A DNA stretch of 64,000 bases. It comes from the human T2T-CHM13v2.0 reference genome, Homo sapiens. Below are positions 1-17,099 of this stretch, one piece after another. Below the pieces are notes generated by a model. It was given only the letters and a program-made list of their open reading frames with translations, was not told the origin of the DNA and made no database searches. The stretch lies in the NCBI RefSeq assembly GCF_009914755.1, contig NC_060935.1; one strand, given 5' to 3'. The translations under genes were made by a program, and so were the position numbers. The number at the start of each line of letters is the position of its first letter. Position 1 is the first letter of the stretch.

Positions 1-944
1 CTACCCTAGACTTACAGAATTGAACCTCTGCTGGATGGGGACCAGAAACAGGTTTGAATGTGTGATTCCCAGTCAAGCAACAGGGAATGATGATTACTAG
101 GGTGAGAAGCACTCATCTTAGTCACCTGCCTTATCCTTGCCTTCCATTTACTCCTCAACCAACTCTGCCAGAAGTGATGACTCTCATCAGGCTCAGAAAT
201 GACCTCTGTTCCACGAAATCCAGTAGGAATTTCCCCCTCAGCAATATTTCACCTGTTGCCCATTTCCTCCCTTAGTTTAGACAACAATTTATTGTTTTCT
301 GTAAAAAATAATATACGCTTATTATAAAAATTAATAATGGAACAGTATCTGAATAATGTAAAAAAGTCACTCCCCATTCCATCATTTAGAAGCAATGTTT
401 TTAACACTGGATTCATGCAATTCCAGATATCTCTTTATACATACATACCGAGAGAAGCATGGGTAGATAAATAGCAGGAAAAGTGAAGAAGTGTACTATA
501 ATAATATGGCATATTAAATATCCTGTTCCCAACTTGAAAGTATCATGTTTAATATGATTTGACTTTTTAAAAGCATAAAAGCCAAGTTCAATGGGGAAAA
601 AGGAGCTGACCCAAGTAAATGAAAAACGATCTTTTGACTGGATACTGTAAGATTAAAGAGGAAAAGAGTAAAACACAAACACTACTGTCATTAATTTGTT
701 TCTCAGGGCAGTCCAGGTTAGCAATTGTAAAACTACTTTGCTTGTTTGCTAGGTTGAACAAATAAGTATACATTTTGTACATACTAGAGCTAGGTTTTTC
801 ACTTTCGGAGAAAAAATTTACAAATGGGGAAATGAGGAGGCTAGAATGAAGGCTAGAATGCTGCATTAGAGTCAGTCAGTGTGCATTCAGGCTTATTTTA
901 ATGTAAATATAGATAGATATAGACAGAAATATAGTTATGTGTAG

Positions 945-1723
<779 letters not shown>

Positions 1724-3665
1724 TGATATGGTTTGGATATTTTGTCCTCACCCAAATGTCATGTTGAAATGTAAACTGCAATGTTGGAGGTGGTGCCTGG
1801 TGGAAGGTGTTTGGGTTATGGGCGTGGATTCCTCATAGTTTGGTGCTGTGCTCATGATAGTGAGTTCTTGTGAGATCTGGTTATTTAAGTGTTTGGCACC
1901 TCCCTCCATTCCACTGTCTCTCTCTTGCTCCTGCTATGGAATGCGAAGTACCTGCTTCCACTAGTGATGACCTAGGGTATCTTGAAGAACAAACTTCTAA
2001 GCAGCAAAGTGCTCAAGATGTAGTCTGGCTGCTTCTAACTACCTATGCTCAGATATGGGAGCAAATAAATGATCTAAAGTTGAAATTTATATTTAAAAAG
2101 GAAGCAAAGCATAAAAATTTGGAAATTTTGCAGCCTAGCCATGTAGCAAAGAAAGAAAATCTTTTTTGGGAGAGGAATTCAAGCAGGCTTGAATTCCTTG
2201 CTAGAGAAATTTGCATAACTAAAAAAGAGCCAAGTGCTAATAGCCAAGACAATGGGGAAAAGGCCTCAAAGGCATTTCTGAGATCTAGGAGGCAGCCTCT
2301 CCCATAACAGGCCCTGAAACTCAGGAGGAAAGAATGGTTTGGAGGGAGAGGGCCTGCGGCCCTGCACAGCCTTGGAACAGTGCTTCCCACATGTCAGCTG
2401 CTCCAGCACCAGCCAGGGCTCACAAAGGCCCAGGTACACCTTGAGCTGCCACTTTGGAAAATGCAAGCTGTAAGCCTTGGTGGCTTCCACATGGTGTTAA
2501 GCCTGTGGGTGCACAGGGTGCAAAAGTGAAGGTTTGGCAGCCTATGCCTATTTCAGAGGATGTATGAGAAAGACTGTGTTTGTGTGCCCAGGCAGAAGCC
2601 TGCTGCAAGACAGAGCCCGCACAGAGAACTTCTACAAGGCCACTGTGGAGGGGCAATGTGGGGTTGGAACCCCCACACAGAGTTGACACTGGGACACTGC
2701 CTAGTGGAGCTGTGGGAAGGGGGCCACAATTCTCCAGTCCCCTGAATGGGAGATTCACTGGCAGCTTGCACCCTTTGCCTGGAAAAGCAGTGTGCACTCA
2801 ACAACCCGTGAGAGGAACCATGGGGGCTGAACCCTGCAAAGCCACAGGGGCAGAGCTGCCCAGGGCCTTCAGAGCCCACCCTTTCCACCAGTGTGCCTCG
2901 GATGTGGGACGTGGAGTCGAAGGAGACTATTTAAGATTTAATGACTGCCCTGCCAGGTTTCAGCATTGTGTGGGGCCTATAGCCCCTTTCTTTTGGCTAA
3001 TTTCTAACTTTTGGAACAGGAATGTTTACCGAATGCTGGTACCCTCATTGTATCTTTGAAGTAAATAACTTGTTTTGATTTTATAGGCTCATAGGTGAAA
3101 GGAACTCATTTCCAGATACAACTTTGGACTTTGGACTTGGGACTTCTGATTGAGTTGATGCTGAAATGAGTTAAAACTTTGAGGGACTGTTGGGAAGCCA
3201 TGATTGTATTTTGCAATATGAGAAGGACATGGGCTTTGAGGTGTCAGGGGTGGAATAATATGGTCTCAATATATATCCCTACCAAATCTCATGTTGAATT
3301 CTAATCCCCAATGTTGGGGGTGGAGCCTGGTGGAAGCTGTGTGGATCATGGGGGCAGATGCCACTTTGCTTGGTGCTATCCTTGTGATGGTGAGTTAGTT
3401 CTGTGGGATCTGATTGTTGTAAAGTGTGTCACCTCCCCTGCCCCACTCTCCCTTGCCCTCACTCAACCAAGTGAGACGCCTGCTCTCCCTGTGCGTTCCA
3501 CCATGAGTAAAAGCTCCCTGAGGCCTCCCCAGAAGCTGAGCAGATGCCAGCACCATGCTTCCTGTATAGCCTACAGAACCATGAGCCAATTAAACCTATT
3601 TTCTTTGTAAATTAACCTAGTCTCAGGTATTTCTTTATAGCAATTCAATAATGAATTAATATACA
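1724..3665 (+). mobile_element. MaLR (MST-type) provirus: truncated 5' LTR 1724-~1959, internal region ~1960-3255, 3' LTR ~3256-3665
   Basis: Starts tgatatggtttgg and ends aatataca; purine tract aggggtggaa precedes the 3' LTR; internal ORF remnant DDLGYLEEQTSKQQS..EAKHKNLEILQP typical of MaLR-int; near-perfect 5-bp TSD tagag/tagaa. Confidence 0.9.
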
Positions 3666-4294
3666 TAGAAAAGGTAAGATGAACCTGGAGCATCTTGTAA
3701 TGCCAGAAAGAAAGTGCTTACAGAAACAAAGAGGATGGAGGCATGTCAAAAGGACACAATATGCTCAACATCATAAATCAGTAGGGAATTGCAAAATACA
3801 ACAAGATACCACTACACACCTATTAGAATAGCTAAAAATCTAAAACACCGACAGTGCCAAGTGCTGTGAGGATGTGTGGCAACAGGAACTCTCATTCATT
3901 CCTGGTGGAAATGCAAAATGACATAGCCACTTTGGAAGGCAATTTGGAAGTTTCTTACAAAACTAAACACACTCTTACTATACAGTCTGGAAATTGTATT
4001 CTTTGGTATTCACTCAAATGAGTTGAAAACTTAGAGCCACACAAAAACCCACACATGTATATTTACAACAGCTTTTTCATAATAGCCAAAACTTGGAAGC
4101 AACCAAGATGTTCTTCAATAGGTGAACAGATAAACTGTGATACATCTAAACAATGGAATATTATTCAGAGATAACAAGAAATGAGCTATAAAGCTGCAAA
4201 AAGACATGGAGGAACCTCAAATGCATATTGTAAACTGAAAGAAGCCAATCTGGTGAGACCCCCCCCTTTCTAAACAAAATAAAGCAAATCTCTT

Positions 4295-4587
4295 GGGTGG
4301 GCACAGTGGCTCACACCTGTAATCCAAGCACTTTGGGAGGCCAAGGCCAGCAGGGGGATTGCTTCAGGCCAGGAGTTCCATACCAGGCTGGGAAACATAA
4401 TGAGACCCCATCTCTACACAAATAAAAAAACTATCCAGGCATGGTGGCATGTGCTTGTAGTCCCAGCTACTTGGGAGGCAGAGGTGGGAGGATTGCTTGA
4501 GCCCAGGAGTTCAAGGCTTCAGTGAGCTAGGATCACACCACTGCACTGCAGCCTAGGTGACAGAGAGAGAGACTCTCTCTCTCCAAA
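4295..4587 (+). mobile_element. Alu (AluJ-like)
   Basis: Alu dimer with J-type ggaggattgcttgagcccaggag; inserted in the L1MC. Confidence 0.93.
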
Positions 4588-4645
4588 AAGCCAATATGAA
4601 AAGGCTTCTGTATGATCCCAACTATATGACATTCTGGAACTATGG

Positions 4646-5022
4646 TGACACGGTTTTCCTGTGACCCCACCCAAAATCTCATCTTGAATTTTAATCCTCA
4701 TTATCCCCACGTGTCAAGGGAGAGACCAGATGGAGATAATTGAATCATGGGGGCGGTTTCCCCATGCCATTCTCGTGATAGTGAGTGAGCTCTCAGGAAA
4801 TCTGTTGGTTTTATAAGTGTTTGGTAGTTCCTCCTGCATTCACTCTCCTTCCTGCCACCTTGTGAGGAAGGTTCCTTGCTTCCCCTTCACCTTCTTCCAT
4901 TATTGTAAGTTTCCTGAGGCCTCCCCAGCCATGCTGAACTGTGAGTCAATTGAACCTCTTTCCTTTACAAATTACCCAGTTTCAGGAAGTTTTTTATAGC
5001 AATGTGAGAACGGACTAATACA
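4646..5022 (+). mobile_element. THE1 (C/D-like) solo LTR
   Basis: tg...ca termini, ccccacccaaaatctcatcttgaatt, tgtaagtttcctgaggcctccccagccatg, ends ggactaataca; TSD tatgg/tatga. Confidence 0.92.
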
Positions 5023-6410
5023 TATGAACACAGTAAAAGGATCAGTGGTAGCCAGGGGTTCAGGGAGAAAGAGGGAAGATGTCTAGGTGGAGCACAGGAT
5101 TTTTAGGGCAATGAAACTATTGTGTATGATACTATGATGGTGGACCCATGTCAGTACCTATGTGTCAAAACCCACAGAATGCACAATTCAAAGAGTGACT
5201 ACTCGTGTAAACTATGGACTTTAGTGAAAAATAATATATCAATATTGGCTCATCAGTTGTCACATATGTACCACAGTAAGGCAAGATACTAATAACAGGA
5301 GAAGGCGTGTGTGTGTGAGTGGGGGTGTGAGGGAATATATGGGAACGCTCTGCACTTGCTGCTCAATTTTTCTATAAACCCAAAACTGCTCTAAAATATC
5401 AAGTCCATTAGGTAATAGAAAGGAAAAAGGACAGAGGAACCAACCTGAAAAAAGCTCCCAGTGGCCAGGGCTAGAATAATTTGAACAACAAAATAGATCG
5501 TGATACTGTTGGATTATAATGCAAAGAATAAAATAAAGATACACAAGGTCATACTGGTACAGACAAATGATTGACTAAATAAATAAATGGGGGAGACGGG
5601 AGACTAATCTTTATAGAGAATTCCAGATAATAAATGTGGGATGTAATCATGTGAATAATATTCCAAATAAGAAGGATGGGGGCAATAGAGCATCACCATT
5701 AGGAGACAAGTGCTAATGACTGCAGGCAAGATCCACTGATGAAGTCCCCAAAGTTCCTCTCTAAAATACTTACTAATTACTGTGGTGATTTTAATCTATG
5801 TCCACAAATTATTTGATACTCCTCCCTCAAGGAGGAGGAGATGAATTCCCCTCCTCTTGAGTAAGGGCTGGATTAGTCATGCATTTCTAAGAATTAGAGT
5901 ATGAAAGGAGAAAAGCAGTGACTTCACAGCAGACAAACCTGGTAGATGCCACCTTAACTAAGTGATCGCGGTTAACATCACCTGTAATAAGTCATGTCCA
6001 TACTATATACCACGTGATAGGCATTTTTACCTTCGTGGTGCTCTTCCCCCAAATCTGTCTCAATGTAATCATGAGAAAACATCATGCAAATGCAAATCGA
6101 GAGATCTTCTACAAAACATCTGGCCAGGACTCTTCAGAAGTGTCGAGGTCATGAAAGACAAGGAAAGACAGAAAAACTGTCAGAGATTGGAGACCAAGGA
6201 GACGCTGATTACTAAAGGATGAAATCCTTGGGTAGAAATAGGAGATGAGTGGAAAAACTGGCGAAATAAAGTCTATAATTTAGTTAATAGCCTTATACCA
6301 ATGTTAATATCTTAATTTGGACAAACAGGTAAGATGTTAGCATTAGGGAAGCTGAGTGAAGGGCATATGGGGAGCATTTTGCAAATTTTCTGTATATTTA
6401 AAATTATTTC

Positions 6411-6703
6411 AGCTGGGTGCAGTGCCTCATGCCTATAATTCCAGGAAGTTGGGAGGGTGAGGCAGGTAGATTGCTTAAGGCCAGGAGTTCAAGACCAGCC
6501 TGGGCAACATGGCAAAACCCCATCTCTACAAGAAATATGAAAATTAGCCTGGCCTGGTGATGCATGCCTGTAGTCCCAGCTACTTGGGTGGCTGAGATGG
6601 GAGGATGGCTTGAGCCTGGGAGGTTGAGGCTGCAGTGAACTGTGATTGAACCTCTCCAGCCTGGATGACAGAGTGAGACCTTGCCTCAAAAAAAATTTAA
6701 AAA
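6411..6703 (+). mobile_element. Alu (AluJ-like)
   Basis: Alu dimer with J diagnostics and an A-rich tail. Confidence 0.93.
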
Positions 6704-6706
6704 TAG

Positions 6707-6965
6707 GGCCAGGCACGATGGCTCAATCCTAGCACTTTGGGAAACTGAGCGGGGAGGACTGCTTGAGGCCAGGAGTTCGAGATCAGCCTGGGCAACATAA
6801 TAAGACCCCTATGTGTACAAAACAATGAACAAATTAGCAAATTAGCCAGTCATGGTAGGTGCATGCCTGTAGTCCCAGCTACTTGGGATGCTGAGATGGG
6901 AGTATGACTTGAGCCCGGAAGGTACTCAAGTGACAGAGCAAGACCCAGTCTCAAAAATAAATAAA
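6707..6965 (+). mobile_element. Alu (AluJ-like, right-arm deletion)
   Basis: ggccaggcacgatggctc...; right arm shortened before gacagagcaagaccc; (TAAA)n tail. Confidence 0.9.
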
Positions 6966-7161
6966 TAAATTAATTAATTAAATTAAATAAAAATTAAAAA
7001 TAAAATAAAATTTTAAAATAAAAGGCTTAAAAAATAAATTAGTAAATTAAAATCAAAGAACTGCTTAATTTTAGATAAATACTTTTTTACCTCAAGTGAT
7101 ATGAGTTTTTACAAGGCTTTTTAAAGTTAAGAAACATAATTCTGTAAAATATTAATTATGA

Positions 7162-9105
<1,944 letters not shown>

Positions 9106-9239
9106 ACTATTGGTATATGTTTTGTTTGTTTCTTTACATTCGTGTGTTTTCCCCAGATGTTCACTATGTGGCCTTCTCCACTCTGTGTTTCTGTTTATCC
9201 CATGAGTTGTTTTTCTTGTTTTCATAATGTCTTTCTTCT

Positions 9240-10366
<1,127 letters not shown>

Positions 10367-10374
10367 CATACGTC

Positions 10375-10676
10375 TTTTTTTTTTTTTTTTAATTGACGCA
10401 GAGTTTTGCTCTTGTCACCCAGGCTGGAGTGCAACAGTACGATCTCGGCTCACTACAACCTCCGCCTCCTGGGTTCAAGCGATTCTCCTCCTCAGCCTCC
10501 CGAGTAGCTGGGATTACAGGTGCCCACCACCACGCCCAGCTAATTTTTGTATTTTTAGTAGAAACAGGGTTTCGACATGTTGGCAAGGCTGATCTCGAAC
10601 TCCTGACATCAAGTAATCTGCCCACCTTGGCCTCCCAAATTGTTGGGATTACAGGCATCAGCCACTGCACCCAGCC
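10375..10676 (-). mobile_element. Alu (AluS-like)
   Basis: Antisense Alu; TSD cata(c/t)gtctttt. Confidence 0.96.
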
Positions 10677-11486
10677 CATATGTCTTTTTAATTTCAAAGT
10701 GTCTTTATTTTTTGCTTCTATTTCTTTCCTGAGAGCTGCTGTCTTTCTGTCTGTTGCCTCATAAGTGCTTTATGGAAACCTTGACATCTTTTAGCTCATT
10801 AAGGAGGTTGGGTCGTGTGCAATCTCTTTGAGTACCTGGAGCACTGTGTGTCTGACTCTCCCTCTGTGTTTTTTGTTTGTTTAATAAGTCCTCTCCTGAC
10901 GTCAGTTCTTGTGGTCTTTGCTTACGTTCCTTACCTCTATTGCCTTTTTGTTTTCTTTAGTCCCTTTTTGGTTCCTTTGTGATTATCATTCACCTTAGAA
11001 CACAGCCAGTCATTTGTTGCAGGATGATATTGAAGAGAGAGGTATGCAACCCAGAAAGTGACTAGGGTTTGTTCCCAGCAGACATGCTCTTTCCAAATCC
11101 TTTATTGTTATTCCTTGGACATACATCACCTCCCACTTCAGCACTGAGGTTTGCCAAGACTCAGCAAAGGCCTTCAAACGTCCTCCTTCCTCTACTTCGC
11201 CCCAGCAGTCTCCTGGTGCTGGGAGGAGTTGGGTGCCAGGCAGGAGACATGGACGGTCAGCACGTCCCGTCTCGCCCCCCACTGTCCTGTGCTATTGAAC
11301 TGGGTCTACAGAAGGATGTTTCTCATGACCCTGCAGCCTGAGCTGCCCCCAGACCCTATCATCCACAGAGGAGGCCTCCCAGTGGTGCTGTCTGTAGGGA
11401 GACTGGCTTCCTCCTCGTCTCTCTGTGCCCTCTTCATATCTGTGGCATTTAGCAGCATGTATACTTTCTGGTTTAATAAAAAATGG

Positions 11487-11772
<286 letters not shown>

Positions 11773-13164
11773 CTATTTTTTCCCCCCAAATTCGTTATTG
11801 TTTTCAGTGGGATTTGGGTGCAAGGAGCAGAGTAAACAGGCCTTCAGTAAACAGGCCCAAATGCATTCCTAAGTTTCCTCTTTTCTCTCAGGCCACCCTT
11901 TCTTGGCATCCCTCGCCCCCTTCCCCCTCTCTTCAGCCATGAAATGCAGAAAGAGAGGAGGTACCTCCCTGAAGGCCATGCTAGTAAGGGGAGGAGTCAG
12001 GACACCCCGCCCAGGCACTCTGGCTCCCCAGCAAAAGGATGTGGGTTTCTCAGGTGTGGCTGTTTCCACTGGGCAGGGCCTGACCTGCAGCTCCTGAAAA
12101 GCCACTGTTCTGTCTTCCTGGCTTCTTCAAGTCAGAGTCCCAGAGATAATCACCGTGGGCTCCACGCAGCAGAGAGGGACTTGATCCAACACTCTTTTAT
12201 CGGCCTCAGGGCCTGGGAGGGTTTCTCAGCATCCAAGAATCCTGGAGAGTGACTCCTGGAACATTACAGGGGTTGTGGTGAAAGACACACCAGTGTCGGA
12301 ATATAAACCAGCCCCCAGGAAACTGCTTCTAGCCACGCCCTGCCTGAGAAGCCTCAGGGTTTCCTGGAGAGTCTGGGTGGTTTCACCCCACAGCCAAGGA
12401 ATAGCTAACAGTGAGGACTGGAGAGACCCCACAGCCTGGGACCTGCATTCAAGCGCCGACTCCACCCTTGATTGACCTGCAGGGCACCTGGGGAAGCCAC
12501 CACCCTCTCTTGCCTCTGTGTCTCCATCTGCCCCATGGGTGGGGTGGCCTGGAGGATCCCTGAGTCTCTGCTGGTGCTGGTGCTCCAGGATTCTGGGACC
12601 CCTCCAAGCTCCCTCCCAGGGGCTTGCCCTGCTCTTCACTCCCCCTATAATCCCACTTGGGTGGCTGGTTGGGGATCATTCCCTGAGACCTCTCCTGGAT
12701 GTGTCTGAAAAGGCCCCTCAGGACCTGCAGCTAGGGCCAGCTGGGCAGCAATGTGGTGTTTGCTTCTGCAACCTTCAGGTCACCATAATGACTCACTCTT
12801 CCTTGCCAGTGGAGGAGAGCTTAGGGCTTCCCTTCCCCCAAGAAGCAACTTCATGGTCAGTGAACTTCACAGTGAATTCTAAGAAAGCCTCTCGGCCAAG
12901 GGCAGATTTATAGCCCTACATTTGCTCCTTCAGCTATTCCACAGCCAATCTCTTCTTATTCCAGAGGCATAACCTCAAGTCGGCCTAGGAACAGTCACTC
13001 GGAGACTAAGTTATGAGACCTAGTTGAGATCTGGGCTATGGTAGAAGGCTGGGATAACAAGTAGCCTTTGACTCTTGTCTCTAGCCACCAAGACCTTTGG
13101 TCTTCCTGTCAACCTCTTGCCTCCTTTCTTCTATCCTTACTTATGAAAGGAAAAGATGGACCCT

Positions 13165-13460
13165 TCATTCATCAATCCATCACTCACACATCCAACTATC
13201 CATTATGTACCCATTCACCTACCCACCTATCTATCCATCATCCATCCATCCACCCATTCATCCATCATCTATCCATCTATCCATTTATCCATCCATACAT
13301 CCACCCATCCACCCATCCTTCCATCCTTCCATTTATCCATTCTAAGACTATCCATCCAGCCTCTATTAATCATCCATCCTTCTCCCTTTATCACCCATCC
13401 ATATTCTCATCCTTTCACTCATTATCCATTCATCCATCATCTGTTCATTTAGTCATCCCT
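13165..13460. repeat. Degenerate (CCAT/TCCA)n simple repeat
   Basis: Long run of catc/ccat/ctat tetramers; explains the H/P/S/I-rich ORFs. Confidence 0.9.
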
Positions 13461-14355
13461 CCCTCACTCTGCACATCCCTTGTTCAAAAAGCCACAGGCT
13501 TAATAACAATAGCAATTATACTACAAACAGTTATAGCCACTATTTATGGAAAGCTTACTTTGCATCAGTCACTGTGCTAATTGCTTTCTTGCATTATCTC
13601 ATCTCACCTACCACTATCCGAAGGGTCCCATGTCACAGATGAGGAAACTGTGATCAATAATCACCTAAATACTCCCTTAGAGATACAAATATGAAGAAGA
13701 TAGTGTTTCTCTGACTTCCAGCACTCACCATGGAATGAAGGGGACTGACCAGTGAAAATACAGGGTATCCATGAAGTCCAGAAGCCTAGAAAGTCATAAC
13801 AATGTATGTATATGTTACATATGAAAGATGTCTTTGACAATATTCTGTATGTTTGCCTGTTTCCAGATTTTATGGACACCCTGTACAGTAGAAATACAAA
13901 GTGACAGATGCTCAAACAGGACCAGATAAAACATCCTGTAGAAGCATTGCAAGAAGATAAGGGCACGGGGAGAGGAGAGGATGATGCTAGAGTAGCCAGG
14001 GAAGGCTTCACTGCAGAAGTAATATGTGAGCTGAGTGTGATTTTGCTAAGCAGAGAAGGGCTTTGCTGGTAGAAACCAGCAAGTAAAAGGGCATGGAGGC
14101 ATGAATTGAAGACCTGATCAGAGAAATGCAAATCACTTTTAGTGTTTGCAATAAAGGAGTCATGGGAGAACCTGGGCAACATGAGACCTTCAAAAAAGGC
14201 CACCTTGAGCCCATGGGTGTCATTAGAATGACATGGGTATCAGAAATAAATGACCCAGTGCTGCCCAGTTGACATGCTATCTTTAGATGGGGAAAAATAA
14301 CAGATTACTAAATAGCCTAGTCACTATTATCCGATTTTGTGCTGTAAAGTGCATA

Positions 14356-14676
14356 CAGTCATCTTTCAGTATCCCTACAGGATTGGTTCCAGGATCCCCT
14401 GTGGATACCAAAATCCACAGATACTCAAGTCCCTTATATAAAATGGAGTCATATTTGCATATAACTTATGCACATCCTCCCATATACTTCAAATCATCTC
14501 TAGATTACTTATAATACTTAATACAATGTAAATGCTACATAAATAGTTGCTGTAGTATATTTTTAACTTGTATTATTTTTATTGTTGCATTTTTTGGTTT
14601 TAGTTTTTTGAATATTTATGACCCTCAGTTGGTTGCATCTGCACATGCAGAAACTGCAGATATGGAGGGCCAGTTG
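14356..14676 (+). mobile_element. MER2 (TcMar-Tigger non-autonomous DNA transposon)
   Basis: gattggttccagga..gataccaaaatccacagatactcaagtcccttatataaaatgg; imperfect TIRs cagtcatc.../...gggccagttg; TA on both sides. Confidence 0.88.
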
Positions 14677-15037
14677 TATATGTCTGGAGTAAAAGGCTGG
14701 AAGGATATTCTAGGATGTCAGCAATGGAGATTTCTGGGTAGCGGGATTTGGGATAATTTTTATTTTCTCCCCATACTTTCTTCATCATGAGCATGGTGGA
14801 AGGAAAAAGGGCTTGGGCCCTGGGGGGCAGGGCATCTGGGTTGGATGTTCTATTGGCCACTGACTTGCAAGGAGGCCTTGGGCAAGTCCCTTCCCCTCTC
14901 TGGCTCTTGGCTTCCTCACCTGTAGGATGAGAACTGGCCCAGGGCTCCCTGAAGGTCCCATCTGGCCCAGCTACCCCAGGCTGGGGTTTCTCAGACTGCA
15001 ATCTGGAAATGTGTCCTTAGGGGGTCCTTGCATTCTA

Positions 15038-15417
<380 letters not shown>

Positions 15418-16864
15418 TCATTTTCATAATGAAATCCGAGGAATGAGTTGTACATACACATAATGTACTAAAAGTTGTGTCTGGGACATAGTGAAGCCTC
15501 CATACATGTGAGCTATTTTTATTAAGAAAAATAAAAAAGCCATCTATCATTTATTCATCTCTGTTGCAGTGATAATTTGCAACAGAAAGACATTTTCCTG
15601 GGATAAGATTTTGGTTCTTGGGCCGTTGTTTCTCAAATTGGGACCTGTGGATCTCAGGGGCCCCCAAGACACTCTGTAAAAGGGGCCTGCTACTCAAGTT
15701 GAATAAGAAACAAGTCTGGGGCCCCTGAAGAGCCGGGAGTGTGGGCTCTGATACCTCTCGTCCCTGCTTTCATGTCTTCCCTTCAGCCGGGGTGACTTGC
15801 TTTTTCCTGAGGCCTTGGAAACACGCGTACCTTTCCCAGGAAAATGAGTCCCTGAGGAGGCCTCCCCGCCTGCAGGCTCACTCCAGCACCTGTGTTCTGT
15901 AACATAGCCCTAATTGAAATCACATTAACATTATGATTCCATTACGGGGAACAAGAGGCTGGCTGCAGGAATGCGCCCCACGGGGCCTAATCAGCTGGAC
16001 TGGATCATTTATAAAGGGCTGTGCATCTGCCTGGAGCTTCAGTGTTAAGTAAGGCAGACAGGGGCCTATTCATTATTAACAAGGCTTTATGTGTTTGGCC
16101 AGGCAGGAGTACAAAGCTGGCCGCAAGGGGAGTCTGAGGGAGGAGAGGCATTCAGGTGCTGACTGCAGGTGCCCCGTCTGCTGGTGCCCCGTCTGCCTTG
16201 TCCGTCAGTGGAGTCTGAGATGGAGCTGCTTCTGCCCAGGTGGAGGCGACTTCCTATCCCTAAACCTGGACTGTGGCCACTCCTCATGCTGAAGGGGGAG
16301 GCTGAGTAACTTGCCTGAAGTCCCTTAAGTAATACGTAGTGGAGTCAGAATTTGAACCCAGGCAAGCTGAGTTCAGAGCCCACATGCTTGGCCAACTTGC
16401 GGTCTACAGTCCACCCCTTGGCAGTTCATACCTCTCCTGAGATGTGCCCTGGTATCAATCAGTGCTCCCCAAACTCAAAAGCTTTGAGGTTGTGATGTAA
16501 AGGAAAGAGCACTGGAAATCAGAAAATGTGGTTGGAGGGCCAACTCCTCCATTCATTTATTACTCTAAGTACCAGCACTGTGCCAGGCACTGTGTTAGGT
16601 GCTGCCGCTGAAAAGGCGACTGAGACCCAGTCCTTGCTCTATAGGAGTTCAATAACCACTTGGTGACACCCTACGCTGCAGGGACTGTGTCCCCCAAGCA
16701 CTGGACATATGTGGTTTTGTCGGCCCCTTAACGATAATGAATGAACCTTTCATCATAATGCAGTGTGTGAGAACCATGAACACAGAACTTCATCAACTGT
16801 ACATATTCTGTCATAAAATGTAATTCTAGATCATTAAATGCTAATTTAATTACATATGATTGGA

Positions 16865-16990
16865 GGCGACAGCGTGTGCTGGTTAGGAGCACAGGCTCTG
16901 GGATCCGACAGCCTCAGTTCTAATCCTGGATCTGTTACTTATCAGTTGCGCCGCCCCAATCATGTTACATCACCTCCTATGTTTGCCCCT
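16865..16990 (+). mobile_element. MIR fragment
   Basis: ggttaggagcacaggctctggga..cagttctaatcctggatctg..actta. Confidence 0.65.
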
Positions 16991-17099
16991 TCTGCCTTAC
17001 TTTGTCCTGGGTACAGGGGATGAGGTGGAAGGAGGCCACCAGGATGAGCAATACTGATACCTCGTAGAAAGAGGTTTGCAGAACTGGGGAAGAAAATGG

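Larger units (their letters stand above)
3759..5420 (+). mobile_element. L1MC-type 3' end (ORF2 end + 3'UTR) inserted into the older L1
   Basis: L1 3' motifs (gataccactacacacctattagaatagctaaaa; aagcaaccaagatg; aactatatgacattctggaa; gtaaactatggactttag); flanked by aaaaggacaca / aaaaggacaga. Confidence 0.8.

Noticed and set aside
10897-10904. Palindromic CRE TGACGTCA
   Set aside because: Isolated in degenerate L1-like sequence with no other regulatory features; low prior for function.
13068-13580. 170-aa His/Pro/Ser/Ile-rich ORF
   Set aside because: Product of the (CCAT)n simple repeat.
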